64,000 bases of DNA from Gammaproteobacteria bacterium (lineage in GTDB: Bacteria; Pseudomonadota; Gammaproteobacteria; Steroidobacterales; GCA-2729495): the NCBI GenBank assembly GCA_036010905.1, contig DASCMH010000007.1:24216-88215 (forward strand), written 5' to 3'. Below, one piece after another: positions 54,681 through 64,000 of the stretch. How positions within the stretch are numbered: the stretch's first letter is position 1; every line of letters begins with the position of its first letter. The notes under the pieces were generated by a model. That model saw only the letters and a list, made by a program, of their open reading frames with translations, made no database searches and was not told where the DNA came from. Both the position numbers and the translations under genes were made by a program.

Positions 54681-55646
54681 ATGCTGTTGTATGTGATTGC
54701 ACTAACTTCTGGAATTATTCTTCTCATCTGGGGCGCTGATCGGATGGTCGTTGGCTCTTCGGTTACCGCCAGAAACCTCGGGGTATCACCGATGATCGTG
54801 GGTCTGACCGTGGTCGGTTTTGCAACCTCGGCGCCGGAAATCCTGGTCTCGGTGATGGCTGCCATTGATGGCGTACCAAACCTTGCAATCGGTAACGCGA
54901 TTGGCTCGAATATCGCCAATATCGGCCTGGTTGCCGGCATGACGGCGCTGGCGTGGCCACTACAGGTAAATTCGCTGACGCTCAGGTGGGAACTCCCGGC
55001 CATGTTCGCGGTCAGCATACTACCCGTTACCCTGCTCTGGGACGACAACCTGAGCCAGGTCGAGGGACTATTGCTGATATGTGCGTTCGCCGGTTTTATC
55101 TACTGGATCATCCGGCTCGGGCAACGAACCCGTGACCACGACACCATTGAGGCAGAGTTTGCGTCGGAAATTCCGATCGATATGCAGCAGAATCTTGCCA
55201 CCCTGTGGATTATCGCCGGCCTCTTTTTGCTGACCGGTGGTTCCAAGGCACTGGTCTGGGGCGCAGAGAATATCGCCCGGGAACTTGAAATCACCAATAC
55301 CATACTCGGCATTACAGTCGTCGCCGTCGGTACCAGCCTGCCTGAACTGGCCGTATCGATCCTCGCAGCCCGTAAAGGTGAACACGGCCTCGCGGTCGGT
55401 AACATCATCGGCTCGAACAGCTTCAATATGCTGGTAGTGATTGGTATTGCTGCCGCGATTCGCCCGGTAGCCCTTGATATCACTATCGTCAGCCTGCATT
55501 TCCCGGTCATGCTGGCATTTACGGCCGCATTCTTCTTCATGGCGTACAATTACACGGAAACGATCCGCATCAGTCGCCGGGCTGGCGCCATCCTGCTAAT
55601 CAGCTTCATCGCCTATCATGCGTATGTAGCGGTCAAAATATTCTGA
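54681..55646 (+). CDS. yrbG: calcium/sodium antiporter (CaCA family, YrbG-like)
   Basis: 321 aa. Two alpha-repeats (GNAIGSNIANIGLV and GNIIGSNSFNMLVV). Upstream of kdsD, as in E. coli. Confidence 0.9.
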   Translation: MLLYVIALTSGIILLIWGADRMVVGSSVTARNLGVSPMIVGLTVVGFATSAPEILVSVMAAIDGVPNLAIGNAIGSNIANIGLVAGMTALAWPLQVNSLTLRWELPAMFAVSILPVTLLWDDNLSQVEGLLLICAFAGFIYWIIRLGQRTRDHDTIEAEFASEIPIDMQQNLATLWIIAGLFLLTGGSKALVWGAENIARELEITNTILGITVVAVGTSLPELAVSILAARKGEHGLAVGNIIGSNSFNMLVVIGIAAAIRPVALDITIVSLHFPVMLAFTAAFFFMAYNYTETIRISRRAGAILLISFIAYHAYVAVKIF

Positions 55647-55650
55647 ACTT

Positions 55651-56634
55651 ATGGCTAATGACACGACAAAACAATCACTTACTGACGCAGGTCGTCGCGT
55701 CCTGGGGATCGAGGCACGCGCCATCGAAGCCATGAGCCCCAGGATAGGTGATGATTTTGCCACGGCCTGTCGGCTGTGCCTGGCTACGCTCGGTCGCGTC
55801 ATCGTCACGGGGATGGGCAAATCCGGCCACATCGGTGGCAAGATTGCCGCCACGCTGGCCAGCACCGGTACGCCGGCATTTTTCGTGCATCCCGGTGAAG
55901 CCGGTCACGGTGACCTCGGCATGATTACACCGAAGGATGCTGTTATCGCCATATCGAACTCCGGCGAAACAGCTGAAATCATCATGATATTGCCATTGCT
56001 CAAGCGTCTTGACCTGCCCCTGATCACCATGACAGGTGAACCGGAATCAACGCTTGGTAAAGCATCGGCAGCCCTGCTTGATACATCTGTCCATGAAGAA
56101 GCCTGCCCGTTGAATCTTGCGCCGACAGCCAGCACGACGACCGCGCTTGCAATGGGAGATGCGTTGGCCGTCGCACTGCTGGAAAGCCGGGGTTTTACGG
56201 CAGAAGACTTCGCCCGCTCACATCCCGGTGGCGCGCTCGGTCGCAGATTACTGTTAAAGGTTGAGGACCTGATGCATACCGGGGATGAAATTCCGCAGGT
56301 TGAAGCTACCACCTCGCTGGCCGATGGGCTCATCGAAATGTCGCGCAAGGGCCTGGGAATGACCGCAATCGTCACAGCAGACGGGCAGCTGACGGGTATC
56401 TTCACTGATGGTGACCTGCGTCGCACACTCGACCAACCCATCAACATCTACACCACAACAATGGCCGATGTCATGACCCGTAACTGCAAGACGGCCAAAC
56501 CGGAACAGCTTGCCGCCGAGAGTGTACGAATACTTGAAACACAAAAAATAACCGCGCTACTTGTCGTTGATGATCAGAACCAGCTGGTCGGCGCTCTTAA
56601 TGTCCACGACCTGCTCCGCGCAGGCGTCATGTGA
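55651..56634 (+). CDS. kdsD: arabinose-5-phosphate isomerase
   Basis: 327 aa. SIS domain (VTGMGKSGHIG) plus a tandem CBS pair. Followed by kdsC-lptCAB. Confidence 0.95.
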   Translation: MANDTTKQSLTDAGRRVLGIEARAIEAMSPRIGDDFATACRLCLATLGRVIVTGMGKSGHIGGKIAATLASTGTPAFFVHPGEAGHGDLGMITPKDAVIAISNSGETAEIIMILPLLKRLDLPLITMTGEPESTLGKASAALLDTSVHEEACPLNLAPTASTTTALAMGDALAVALLESRGFTAEDFARSHPGGALGRRLLLKVEDLMHTGDEIPQVEATTSLADGLIEMSRKGLGMTAIVTADGQLTGIFTDGDLRRTLDQPINIYTTTMADVMTRNCKTAKPEQLAAESVRILETQKITALLVVDDQNQLVGALNVHDLLRAGVM

Positions 56635-56649
56635 CCGGAACCAGGTATC

Positions 56650-57162
56650 ATGAGCAGCTCACGCACACCCAGCACCGAAAAACTTGCCGCCATCCGGTTG
56701 CTGGTACTGGATGTCGACGGTGTCATGACCGATGGCCAATTACACTACGATGCACAGGGTCATGAAGCTAAAGTTTTCCATGTCCACGACGGCTATGGCA
56801 TCAAGCAGCTCATGCAGGCCGGCATTGAGGTTGCGGTCATTTCCGGCCGCCACAGCACAGCAGTGGCAACCCGCATGGCAGAATTGGGTATTGAACACGT
56901 CAGGCTTGGCCAGGAAATCAAAAATCAGGCATTTACCGAAATCACGACGCAACTCGGCATACCTCCCGAAGCAGTAGCCTGTGTCGGTGATGACGAACCG
57001 GATCTGCCGATCATGCAAGCTGCCGGCCTCAGCATTGCTGTTGCCAATGCCCGGCCGGCAATCCTGAATTATGCCGACTGGCACACCATCCTCGGCGGTG
57101 GTTGCGGGGCAGTACGGGAAGTCTGCGATGCGCTGATCGCAGCACATCGTGGCCACCGATAA
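56650..57162 (+). CDS. kdsC: 3-deoxy-D-manno-octulosonate 8-phosphate phosphatase
   Basis: 170 aa HAD-IIIA protein (LLVLDVDGVMTDG..., GDDEPDLP). Confidence 0.94.
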   Translation: MSSSRTPSTEKLAAIRLLVLDVDGVMTDGQLHYDAQGHEAKVFHVHDGYGIKQLMQAGIEVAVISGRHSTAVATRMAELGIEHVRLGQEIKNQAFTEITTQLGIPPEAVACVGDDEPDLPIMQAAGLSIAVANARPAILNYADWHTILGGGCGAVREVCDALIAAHRGHR

Positions 57163-57165
57163 TCC

Positions 57166-57723
57166 ATGAACACCAACCCCTGGCCGAAGCTCATATTGCT
57201 GCTGATTGCCGCAGTGGCCAGCGGTGTCCTCGTCATTCGCAGCGGCGAACAGGAATCGGACCGAAAACAGCGTCCGGAGCTTGGTGTCGGTTACTCCATG
57301 CAGCAGGCTGAACTGATCCGTACCGGTGAAACCGGTAAGGTAGTGTATAAAGTAACAACTAACCGGGCGACGCAAGTTGCGGAAAACGGCATCATCGAAC
57401 TCGATGTCGTGCGAATCAACTATGACCCGCTGATCGAGATACCATGGGATTTGCGCGCCGATACAGGGCATATTCTGCCCGATCGTAATATCATACGGTT
57501 AACCGGGAATGTCATTATCAGGACCCGCGGAGAAATGCAGGCGCCGACCCGAATCAGCACCGATTACCTGGAACTGAATACGGAGACCTACATAGCCAAT
57601 ACAGATAGGGATGTTGTCATTGACCACACAAACAACACATTATTCGCCAAGGGTCTGCGGGCACATCTCAAGGAAGAAAGGTTGCAACTGCTCTCAGACG
57701 TTAATGGCCAATTTATTCCATAA
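57166..57723 (+). CDS. lptC: LPS export system protein LptC
   Basis: 185 aa. N-terminal TM anchor plus an OstA-like beta-jellyroll. Position between kdsC and lptA. Confidence 0.88.
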   Translation: MNTNPWPKLILLLIAAVASGVLVIRSGEQESDRKQRPELGVGYSMQQAELIRTGETGKVVYKVTTNRATQVAENGIIELDVVRINYDPLIEIPWDLRADTGHILPDRNIIRLTGNVIIRTRGEMQAPTRISTDYLELNTETYIANTDRDVVIDHTNNTLFAKGLRAHLKEERLQLLSDVNGQFIP

Positions 57724-58348
57724 TTTTCTTGCCAATGGACTTGGCATTTTTCTCATATCTCTGTCCACAACCATCGTTGCACAGGAAGCGGTCGATGTTG
57801 CCCCGGCAAACCCACTGCCGATAAATCTCGACGCAGAATCATCTGAATTCGATCGTAAGAAAAACAAGTTGTTGTTTCACGATCTGACAATCAAACAGGG
57901 CTTGCTAAGCATTAAGGCCGATGAAGCGACTGCAACCCATCTTGATTTTGAGAATATGCGTTGGGAATTTTCCGGTAAGGTCATTATAGAAAATGCCCAC
58001 ACGACTACACGCTGCGACTATGCCGATATCCGGTTTCGTGAACACCTCATCCGTAGCGCCGTAATGAAGGGGCAGCCGGTCATGTTCACCCAGCTAAGAA
58101 TCAACGAAGAACGACAAACAGAAGGTCATGCAAACCATATGGAGTATGATATCGATGCGGGCATTATCAAATTAACAGGTGACTCCTGGCTCAGTGATGG
58201 CGCCAATGAAGTTTCCGGCAATAGAATCTCCTATGACTTGAATCGCGAGTTTATCATCGCGGACGCTGATGACGACGGGCAAGTGAGCATGAAAATTATT
58301 CCGCCAGAGAGCAGCTTGTCAAAAATCGAGGATCAGATAAACCCGTGA
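57704..58348 (+). CDS. lptA: LPS transport periplasmic protein LptA
   Basis: ATG at 57704 gives [29 protein letters not shown], a signal peptide, followed by an OstA N-terminal domain. The upstream part of the track ORF overlaps lptC and is rejected. Confidence 0.9.
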   Translation: MANLFHNFLANGLGIFLISLSTTIVAQEAVDVAPANPLPINLDAESSEFDRKKNKLLFHDLTIKQGLLSIKADEATATHLDFENMRWEFSGKVIIENAHTTTRCDYADIRFREHLIRSAVMKGQPVMFTQLRINEERQTEGHANHMEYDIDAGIIKLTGDSWLSDGANEVSGNRISYDLNREFIIADADDDGQVSMKIIPPESSLSKIEDQINP

Positions 58349-59070
58349 GTATCCTCAGCGCAGAGAATCTTTCCAAACGCTACAAGTTCCGCCAGGTCGT
58401 CAAGGATATTTCGCTGGAAGTCTGCAGCGGTGAAGTTGTCGGCCTGCTCGGGCCGAACGGCGCCGGCAAAACAACCGCTTTCTATATGATTGTTGGCCTT
58501 ATCTCTGCAGACGAAGGCCGCATTATCCTGGATGGCAAAAACCTCACGCCGATGCCCATGCACAGGCGTGCCCGACTGGGACTCGGCTACCTGCCACAGG
58601 AGGCATCGATATTTCGCAAGCTCTCCGTTGAGAAGAATATCAGGGCGATCCTGCAGACACGCTCCGACCTTGACCGTATCAATCGTGAACACATTCTCGA
58701 AGAACTGCTTGATGAATTACACATCAATCATGTCCGGACAAGTATGGGCATCAGCCTGTCCGGCGGCGAACGCCGACGTGTTGAAATTGCCCGTGCACTG
58801 GCCGCAGAACCACGTTTCGTCCTTCTCGATGAACCATTCGCGGGCGTAGACCCCATTTCGGTACTCGATATCCAGCGGATCATCAGACACCTTGCCGAAC
58901 GCGATATCGGCGTACTAATCACCGATCATAATGTCCGTGAAACACTCGGTATCTGTAATCGCGCCTATATCCTGAGTGATGGGATAATGATTGCCCAAGG
59001 GACACCTGATGACATCCTTAACAATCAGCAGGTGCGCGAGGTCTATCTTGGAGAGGGGTTCAGTTTATAG
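58345..59070 (+). CDS. lptB: LPS export ABC transporter ATP-binding protein LptB
   Basis: 241 aa. Walker [13 protein letters not shown] signature LSGGERRR and Walker B LLDEPFAG. Confidence 0.97.
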   Translation: MSILSAENLSKRYKFRQVVKDISLEVCSGEVVGLLGPNGAGKTTAFYMIVGLISADEGRIILDGKNLTPMPMHRRARLGLGYLPQEASIFRKLSVEKNIRAILQTRSDLDRINREHILEELLDELHINHVRTSMGISLSGGERRRVEIARALAAEPRFVLLDEPFAGVDPISVLDIQRIIRHLAERDIGVLITDHNVRETLGICNRAYILSDGIMIAQGTPDDILNNQQVREVYLGEGFSL

Positions 59071-60486
59071 ATGAACGGCCCAAAGCTTTCACAAGTCCTT
59101 AAACCCGAACAGCGACTGACCATGACGCCACAGATGCAGCAAGCCATTCGGCTGCTGCAAATGCCGGTGCTGGAACTCAACACACAAATCGATCAGGTGT
59201 TGGCAGACAATGTCATGCTGGAACGTGAAGAGCCGACCGAGCCGGCACCGGAAGTGGAAGTGGAAGTGGAAGTGGAAGAGCCTGCAATCGTTTCCGGCGA
59301 AAGTGATACAACAAACCAGTGGAATGAACACGCCGGCTCAACTGCGCACAGCGATAACTGGAGCGACGACTCACGACGACCGGAACTTGCAGACCGTAGC
59401 GATGAAACACTACGAGAGCACCTGCTCTGGCAACTGGAAATGGAACACTTTTCACCGCGAGAAGTCGTCATTGGCCAGTCGATCGTCGATTCAATCAACG
59501 AAGATGGCTACCTGTCCGAATCACTCGAGCAAATCCACCAATCACTAATCAGCGAGGCCGAATTTACCGGTGAGGAAGTTGCGCAAACGCTGGCTAAAAT
59601 TCAGGCACTCGACCCGGCCGGAATCGGCGCACGTGACCTTGCCGAGTGTGTCGGTATCCAGCTGCGTCTTCTAGACAAACAGGTTCCCGGTCGCAATGCC
59701 GCATGTCGCGTCGCAGAAACCCATCTCGATCTGGTCGCAGACCAGGATTACTCGGCACTGCAACGCCAGCTGGGTATTTCTGCAGAAGAGCTCGATACAG
59801 CCCTCGCACTGGTCAGAGCCTGTCACCCGCGACCCGGGTCGGCGATACAATCATCGACAGCTGAGTACATTGTTCCGGATGTCTACGTCCGCAAACAGGA
59901 TGGTAAATGGATTGTCGAAGTCAATCGTTCAATCGCACCACGACTGAGGGTCAACCAGACCTATGCTGAAATGCTGCGCTCCAGCGAAGGTCACGACGGC
60001 CTGCGCACCCAGTTGCAGGAAGCGCGCTGGCTGGTTCGCAGCCTTGAGATCCGTCACGATACGGTGCTCAAGGTGGCAATGAGTATCGTCGAGCGCCAGG
60101 TCGACTTTCTCGAACACGGCGAAGAAGCGATGAAGCCCATGGTACTGCGGGATATAGCGGAAGAGATCGATATGCATGAATCAACCATTTCCCGGGTTAC
60201 ATCAAACAAGTACATGCATACGACGCGCGGCATTTTTGAGCTCAAATACTTCTTTTCCAGCCAATTAGCGGCAAGCGATGGTTCCGAACAATCATCCACG
60301 GCGATTCGCGCCAAGATTCGGCGGCTGATTGGCGCTGAAAACCCACAAAAACCACTCAGTGACAGTAAAATTGTTGTCCTGCTTACAGACGAAGGCATCA
60401 AAATCGCCAGACGAACCGTCGCCAAGTATCGGGAAGCGCTGAAAATTCCACCTTCCGGTGAAAGAAAACAACGACCTGCACGTTAA
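59071..60486 (+). CDS. rpoN: RNA polymerase sigma-54 factor
   Basis: 471 aa. Gln-rich region I (LTMTPQMQQAIRLLQM), acidic region II, and the RpoN box ARRTVAKYR near the C-terminus. Confidence 0.97.
   Translation: MNGPKLSQVLKPEQRLTMTPQMQQAIRLLQMPVLELNTQIDQVLADNVMLEREEPTEPAPEVEVEVEVEEPAIVSGESDTTNQWNEHAGSTAHSDNWSDDSRRPELADRSDETLREHLLWQLEMEHFSPREVVIGQSIVDSINEDGYLSESLEQIHQSLISEAEFTGEEVAQTLAKIQALDPAGIGARDLAECVGIQLRLLDKQVPGRNAACRVAETHLDLVADQDYSALQRQLGISAEELDTALALVRACHPRPGSAIQSSTAEYIVPDVYVRKQDGKWIVEVNRSIAPRLRVNQTYAEMLRSSEGHDGLRTQLQEARWLVRSLEIRHDTVLKVAMSIVERQVDFLEHGEEAMKPMVLRDIAEEIDMHESTISRVTSNKYMHTTRGIFELKYFFSSQLAASDGSEQSSTAIRAKIRRLIGAENPQKPLSDSKIVVLLTDEGIKIARRTVAKYREALKIPPSGERKQRPAR
59251..59278. 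repeat. 6-bp tandem repeat (gaagtg) x4.5 in rpoN region II
   Basis: gaagtggaagtggaagtggaagtggaag encodes EVEVEVEVE. Confidence 0.9.
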
Positions 60487-60506
60487 TTTTTAAGGGGAGT
60501 AACTCA

Positions 60507-60827
60507 ATGCAAGTAAATCTGACCGGCCACCACATCGAAATCACACCGCCACTCAAGGGCTATGTGAACAATAAAATTTCTCGCATCAAGAGGCATTTTG
60601 AAAGCGTTACCAGTATTGACTGCATCCTGACCGTCGAGAAACTCCGGCACAAGGCGGAAGCCAAGGTCAGCGTTACCGGTGGAACCTTGTATGCCCAAGC
60701 CGTTGAAGGCGATATGTACGCAGCCATCGATGGACTAATCGATAAGCTTGATCGGCAAATTGTCAAACATAAAGAAAAGTTAACCGACCACCACGCACGT
60801 GATTCACAAAAACGTGACTATTCCTAG
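60507..60827 (+). CDS. hpf: ribosome hibernation promoting factor (short HPF/YhbH type)
   Basis: 106 aa. MQVNLTGHHIEITPPLKGYVNNKISRIKRHF, a typical sigma54-modulation/HPF fold. Directly after rpoN. Confidence 0.93.
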   Translation: MQVNLTGHHIEITPPLKGYVNNKISRIKRHFESVTSIDCILTVEKLRHKAEAKVSVTGGTLYAQAVEGDMYAAIDGLIDKLDRQIVKHKEKLTDHHARDSQKRDYS

Positions 60828-60851
60828 GTCTGCAAGCTGCGGTTAATATCG

Positions 60852-61727
60852 ATGCGCCTCATTATTGTCAGCGGCCTGTCGGGCTCAGGCAAAAGTGTTG
60901 CTCTGAATCTGCTTGAGGATCTGAATTTCTATTGTATCGACAATGTCCCGGTCGCTTTGCTCGACACGGTAATCACAGAACTGGTCACTTCAGCAGATTC
61001 CATCTACGACAATCTGGCAATCGGCGTCGATGCCAGGAATCCTTCGGCTGACCTGCAGTCCCTCCCCTACCTGATTCACGACCTGTACAACCGGGAAATT
61101 TGCTGCGAAGTTATTTTTCTGCAGGCAGAAGACGATATCCTGCTGAAACGCTATTCGGAAACCAGGCGCAAACACCCGCTGAGTGATGAAGGATTAAGCC
61201 TTGCCGATGCTATTGCCCGGGAACGCGAATTACTTGGGCCGATTATCGACAGTGCCGAACTGGTACTCGACACGACACGGACCAACGTCCATGAGTTAGG
61301 AACCATAATTCGGGATCGTATAGGACAGCGTGATACCCCCGAACTATCGATACTAATTGAGTCATTCGGCTTCAAGCATGGTTTGCCATCTGATGCAGAT
61401 TTTGTTTTTGATTTGCGCTGTCTGCCTAACCCATACTGGGAAATGGAGCTCAGACAATTAACCGGCAAGGACCGTCCCATCATCGAGTATCTCGACGGCA
61501 TACAAAGCGTACAGAACATGTATGCGGACATACTGGCATTTCTTGAAAAATGGATTCCACAGTATATAAGCTTCAATCGTAATTACCTGACGGTTGCCCT
61601 TGGCTGTACCGGCGGCCAGCATCGTTCTGTGTATCTCACCGAAAAACTTTCCGCAGAATTGCAACAAAAGTTTACTCATGTCCTGACCCGTCACAATGAA
61701 TTACGGGACGCAAAGAATAGTTCCTGA
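60852..61727 (+). CDS. rapZ: RNase adapter protein RapZ (YhbJ)
   Basis: 291 aa. MRLIIVSGLSGSGKSVALNLLEDLNFYCIDNVP Walker A N-domain, and a C-terminal region with ALGCTGGQHRSV. Confidence 0.94.
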   Translation: MRLIIVSGLSGSGKSVALNLLEDLNFYCIDNVPVALLDTVITELVTSADSIYDNLAIGVDARNPSADLQSLPYLIHDLYNREICCEVIFLQAEDDILLKRYSETRRKHPLSDEGLSLADAIARERELLGPIIDSAELVLDTTRTNVHELGTIIRDRIGQRDTPELSILIESFGFKHGLPSDADFVFDLRCLPNPYWEMELRQLTGKDRPIIEYLDGIQSVQNMYADILAFLEKWIPQYISFNRNYLTVALGCTGGQHRSVYLTEKLSAELQQKFTHVLTRHNELRDAKNSS

Positions 61728-61856
61728 CCAACAGGACTGCTTTTAGATAGACGTTATCGTGGTTCCCGGCTACACTCGCTGCGGGCTATGAGTCGATGCG
61801 CAAACCGCATATTGACCCACTACCCCGTGTGACATCCGGCCAACCCAAACCTGCAG

Positions 61857-63212
61857 ATGGAGAGTACAATGGAATCTGAAAAGAAATCCCATCTCGCCGA
61901 TCTGCTTGAAGCATTAGCAAATAATAATCTGCGCGAAGTTCGCCAGATTGTCGATGCGTTGCATCCGTCAGAAACGGCCCTGCTGCTGGAATCCCTGCCG
62001 CTATCCGAACGCGAATCTGTCTGGGGTCTCATTGATGACGAGATCGAGGGTGAAATCCTTGTAGAACTCAATGACGAGGTCCGCCAGGGCCTGCTCGAGG
62101 ATATGGATCCGGAAGCGGTCGTAGCTGCAGCAGAAGGCATGGAACTTGACGATCTTGCAGATATCGTTGCTGACCTGCCGGATGAGATGACCGATAAAGT
62201 TATCGAATCACTACCGACTGAAGACCAGGAACAGCTTAAATCGGTGCTGGCCTATCCTGAAGACAGCGCCGGCGGCATCATGGATCCCGATGCCATTGCC
62301 GTGCGTTCGGACATTACGCTCGATGTTGTTATGCGCTATCTGCGCCGCTCAGGCGACTTACCGGACAGTACGCCGGCGGTATTCATCATTGACCGTGATC
62401 AACAATTTATCGGCCTGCTATACCTGACCACACTTGTAACCCACAGCCCGCAAGCAATGGTCAAGGATGTCATGGATACATCAGTTAATCCGATTCCAGC
62501 ATCCCGGCCAGCAACTGAAGTAGCGCTGGAATTTCAGAACCTAGACCTTTATTCGGCTGCTGTAGTCGATGAAGACGGTAAACTGATCGGACAGATCACG
62601 GTCGACGATGTCATGGATGTAATTCAGGAACAAGCGGATCATGACATCCTGAGCATGGCCGGACTGGATGAAGAAGACGACATGTTCGCACCGGTCGTCA
62701 CCAGCGCGCAACGTCGGGCAATCTGGCTCGGCGTTAACCTGGCCACGGCATTTCTGGCAGCAGCCGTTGTCGCGCTGTTCAAACCGGCACTCGAAAAATT
62801 CGTAATTCTCGCCGTGCTTATGCCAATCGTCGCAAGCATGGGCGGTATTGCCGGCAGCCAGACACTGACGCTGATGATCCGCGGCATCGCCCTTGGCCGT
62901 GTACAAAATTCCAATGCCCGCTGGCTGCTGACCAAGGAAATCGCGGTTGGAGCACTGAATGGGCTGGCCTGGGCCATTGTCGTCGCCATCGTCACAGTAG
63001 TGTTTTTTGATACCTGGCAGGTTGCTACAGTGATTGCCGCGGCATTAATGATCAGCCTGCTGACTGCGGCTTTTGCCGGCTTCATCATTCCACTGCTACT
63101 GCACAAACTGAAAATCGATCCGGCTCTGGCCGGGACAGTCATACTGACAACACTGACCGATGTTATCGGTTTCGCCACCTTCCTGGGGTTAGGTACATTC
63201 TTTCTGCTCTAG
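61857..63212 (+). CDS. mgtE: magnesium transporter MgtE
   Basis: 451 aa. N-domain, tandem CBS pair, and a C-terminal 5-TM MgtE domain (LMPIVASMGGIAGSQTLT...TLTDVIGF). Confidence 0.94.
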   Translation: MESTMESEKKSHLADLLEALANNNLREVRQIVDALHPSETALLLESLPLSERESVWGLIDDEIEGEILVELNDEVRQGLLEDMDPEAVVAAAEGMELDDLADIVADLPDEMTDKVIESLPTEDQEQLKSVLAYPEDSAGGIMDPDAIAVRSDITLDVVMRYLRRSGDLPDSTPAVFIIDRDQQFIGLLYLTTLVTHSPQAMVKDVMDTSVNPIPASRPATEVALEFQNLDLYSAAVVDEDGKLIGQITVDDVMDVIQEQADHDILSMAGLDEEDDMFAPVVTSAQRRAIWLGVNLATAFLAAAVVALFKPALEKFVILAVLMPIVASMGGIAGSQTLTLMIRGIALGRVQNSNARWLLTKEIAVGALNGLAWAIVVAIVTVVFFDTWQVATVIAAALMISLLTAAFAGFIIPLLLHKLKIDPALAGTVILTTLTDVIGFATFLGLGTFFLL

Positions 63213-63281
63213 GCCGCCAGCCCACTGCAGGCCAGACAGCAGTTTGTTACCGTGGAAAAGCAGTCAACCCGGCCTCGTTTA

Positions 63282-64000
63282 TCACTTGCCATCAACGGCC
63301 GTGTCGATATCGAGTGTCGGCAACCGCTGGGAATATTCGTCGCTGAGATCTCGCCAACCAACAATTCCACTTGGTACATCAACAGGAACACCGAGCAGAA
63401 AATCCTCAAGCTGTTTACGCCGGGACATCGCGTCGGTATAACCTAGAAAAATCAGTTCACGGGTATAACCGGCCTCGAATAACAGGTAACTGACCAGTTG
63501 TCGGCCACCGTAATTCAATGCGCCGAGCGTACGCATAAACAATCTCACCGCACGCGGCATCTCGTGCACATAACGCAATGCGATCTCGCGAATATCCTGA
63601 CTTGGATACATGATCAGCGCATCAATCGACTTCAGGCTCTCGAACTGACCACTCAGGGTGCGGCCCGGCTGCTCGTTAACGATGTAATTCAATCGGGCAA
63701 GACGCTCAAGATCAGATGACAGTCCATCCATGAGCAAAGCATCGAGCATGTAGCCGGCAACACGGCCAAGACTCGGATACGGCACCGGATCATCCGGTCC
63801 GGGCTCGGGATCCGGCTCCTCATTACGCACACCAATGACAAGAATACGCTTTGCACCAAGATGCACAGCCGGCGACAAAGGCGTTGCCTGGCGCATCGCA
63901 CCGTCGCCGAAGTACTCCTGACCAATTCGCACTCCGGGAAAAATCAACGGGGCCGCAATACTTGCCATCAGATGATCGAGTCGCAGGGTTACCGGCTGAC
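63282..64000 (-). CDS. patatin-like phospholipase family protein, C-terminal part (5' end beyond the right edge)
   Basis: The reading frame stays open to the window edge. In-window sequence ...PLIFPGVRIGQEYFGDGAMRQ... carries the DG[AG] catalytic-Asp motif of patatin/RssA-like lipases. The GxSxG part would lie outside the window. Confidence 0.65.
   Translation of the reverse strand, partial: QPVTLRLDHLMASIAAPLIFPGVRIGQEYFGDGAMRQATPLSPAVHLGAKRILVIGVRNEEPDPEPGPDDPVPYPSLGRVAGYMLDALLMDGLSSDLERLARLNYIVNEQPGRTLSGQFESLKSIDALIMYPSQDIREIALRYVHEMPRAVRLFMRTLGALNYGGRQLVSYLLFEAGYTRELIFLGYTDAMSRRKQLEDFLLGVPVDVPSGIVGWRDLSDEYSQRLPTLDIDTAVDGK

Noticed and set aside
61728-61856. Possible Mg2+ riboswitch (M-box) in the 129-bp region upstream of mgtE.
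   Set aside because: The region is too short for an M-box, and I could not see any of its conserved helices. Only a tiny atgcg/cgcat hairpin is present.

Overview
This window reads as core chromosome from a gammaproteobacterium. It is densely packed with housekeeping genes, and I found no convincing novel system in it.

Gene content, left to right:
- aspS (partial), a DUF502 gene, an FmdB-type zinc-ribbon gene, clpB, pgeF, rluD, bamD, nadE and sucDC.
- A co-linear type IV pilus block, pilS-pilR-pilA-pilB-pilC-pilD, followed by coaE and zapD.
- mutT, secA, an M23 peptidase gene, a DUF721 gene and lpxC.
- A complete dcw cluster on the minus strand: mraZ-rsmH-ftsL-ftsI-murE-murF-mraY-murD-ftsW-murG-murC-murB-ddl-ftsQ-ftsA-ftsZ.
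- RNase P RNA (rnpB), a quinone-oxidoreductase-like gene, rsmI, lpoA, yraN and diaA.
- sspBA and ibaG-murA.
- The yrbG-kdsD-kdsC-lptC-lptA-lptB-rpoN-hpf-rapZ block, then mgtE and a partial patatin-like gene.

As far as I recall, the secA...sspA order resembles the Pseudomonas-type arrangement.

I saw no integrase, transposase, CRISPR array, phage genes, toxin-antitoxin pair or recognisable defence genes. Almost every gap is short.

The observations worth a second look are modest and local:
- an 86-bp near-perfect palindrome between diaA and sspB;
- a perfect 22-bp tandem duplication across the sspA stop codon;
- an M23 peptidase whose HxH motif reads NLH;
- a pilin with a very long Ala/Gly-rich disulphide loop, downstream of a perfect sigma54 promoter;
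- in-frame microsatellite-like repeats in the FmdB-family gene and in rpoN;
- an insertion between rnpB and rsmI that includes about 430 bp of unexplained non-coding DNA;
- absence of ptsN/npr and of the mla operon from their usual neighbourhoods.

All product calls rest on my reading of the translated ORFs (motifs and synteny). No database search was run.
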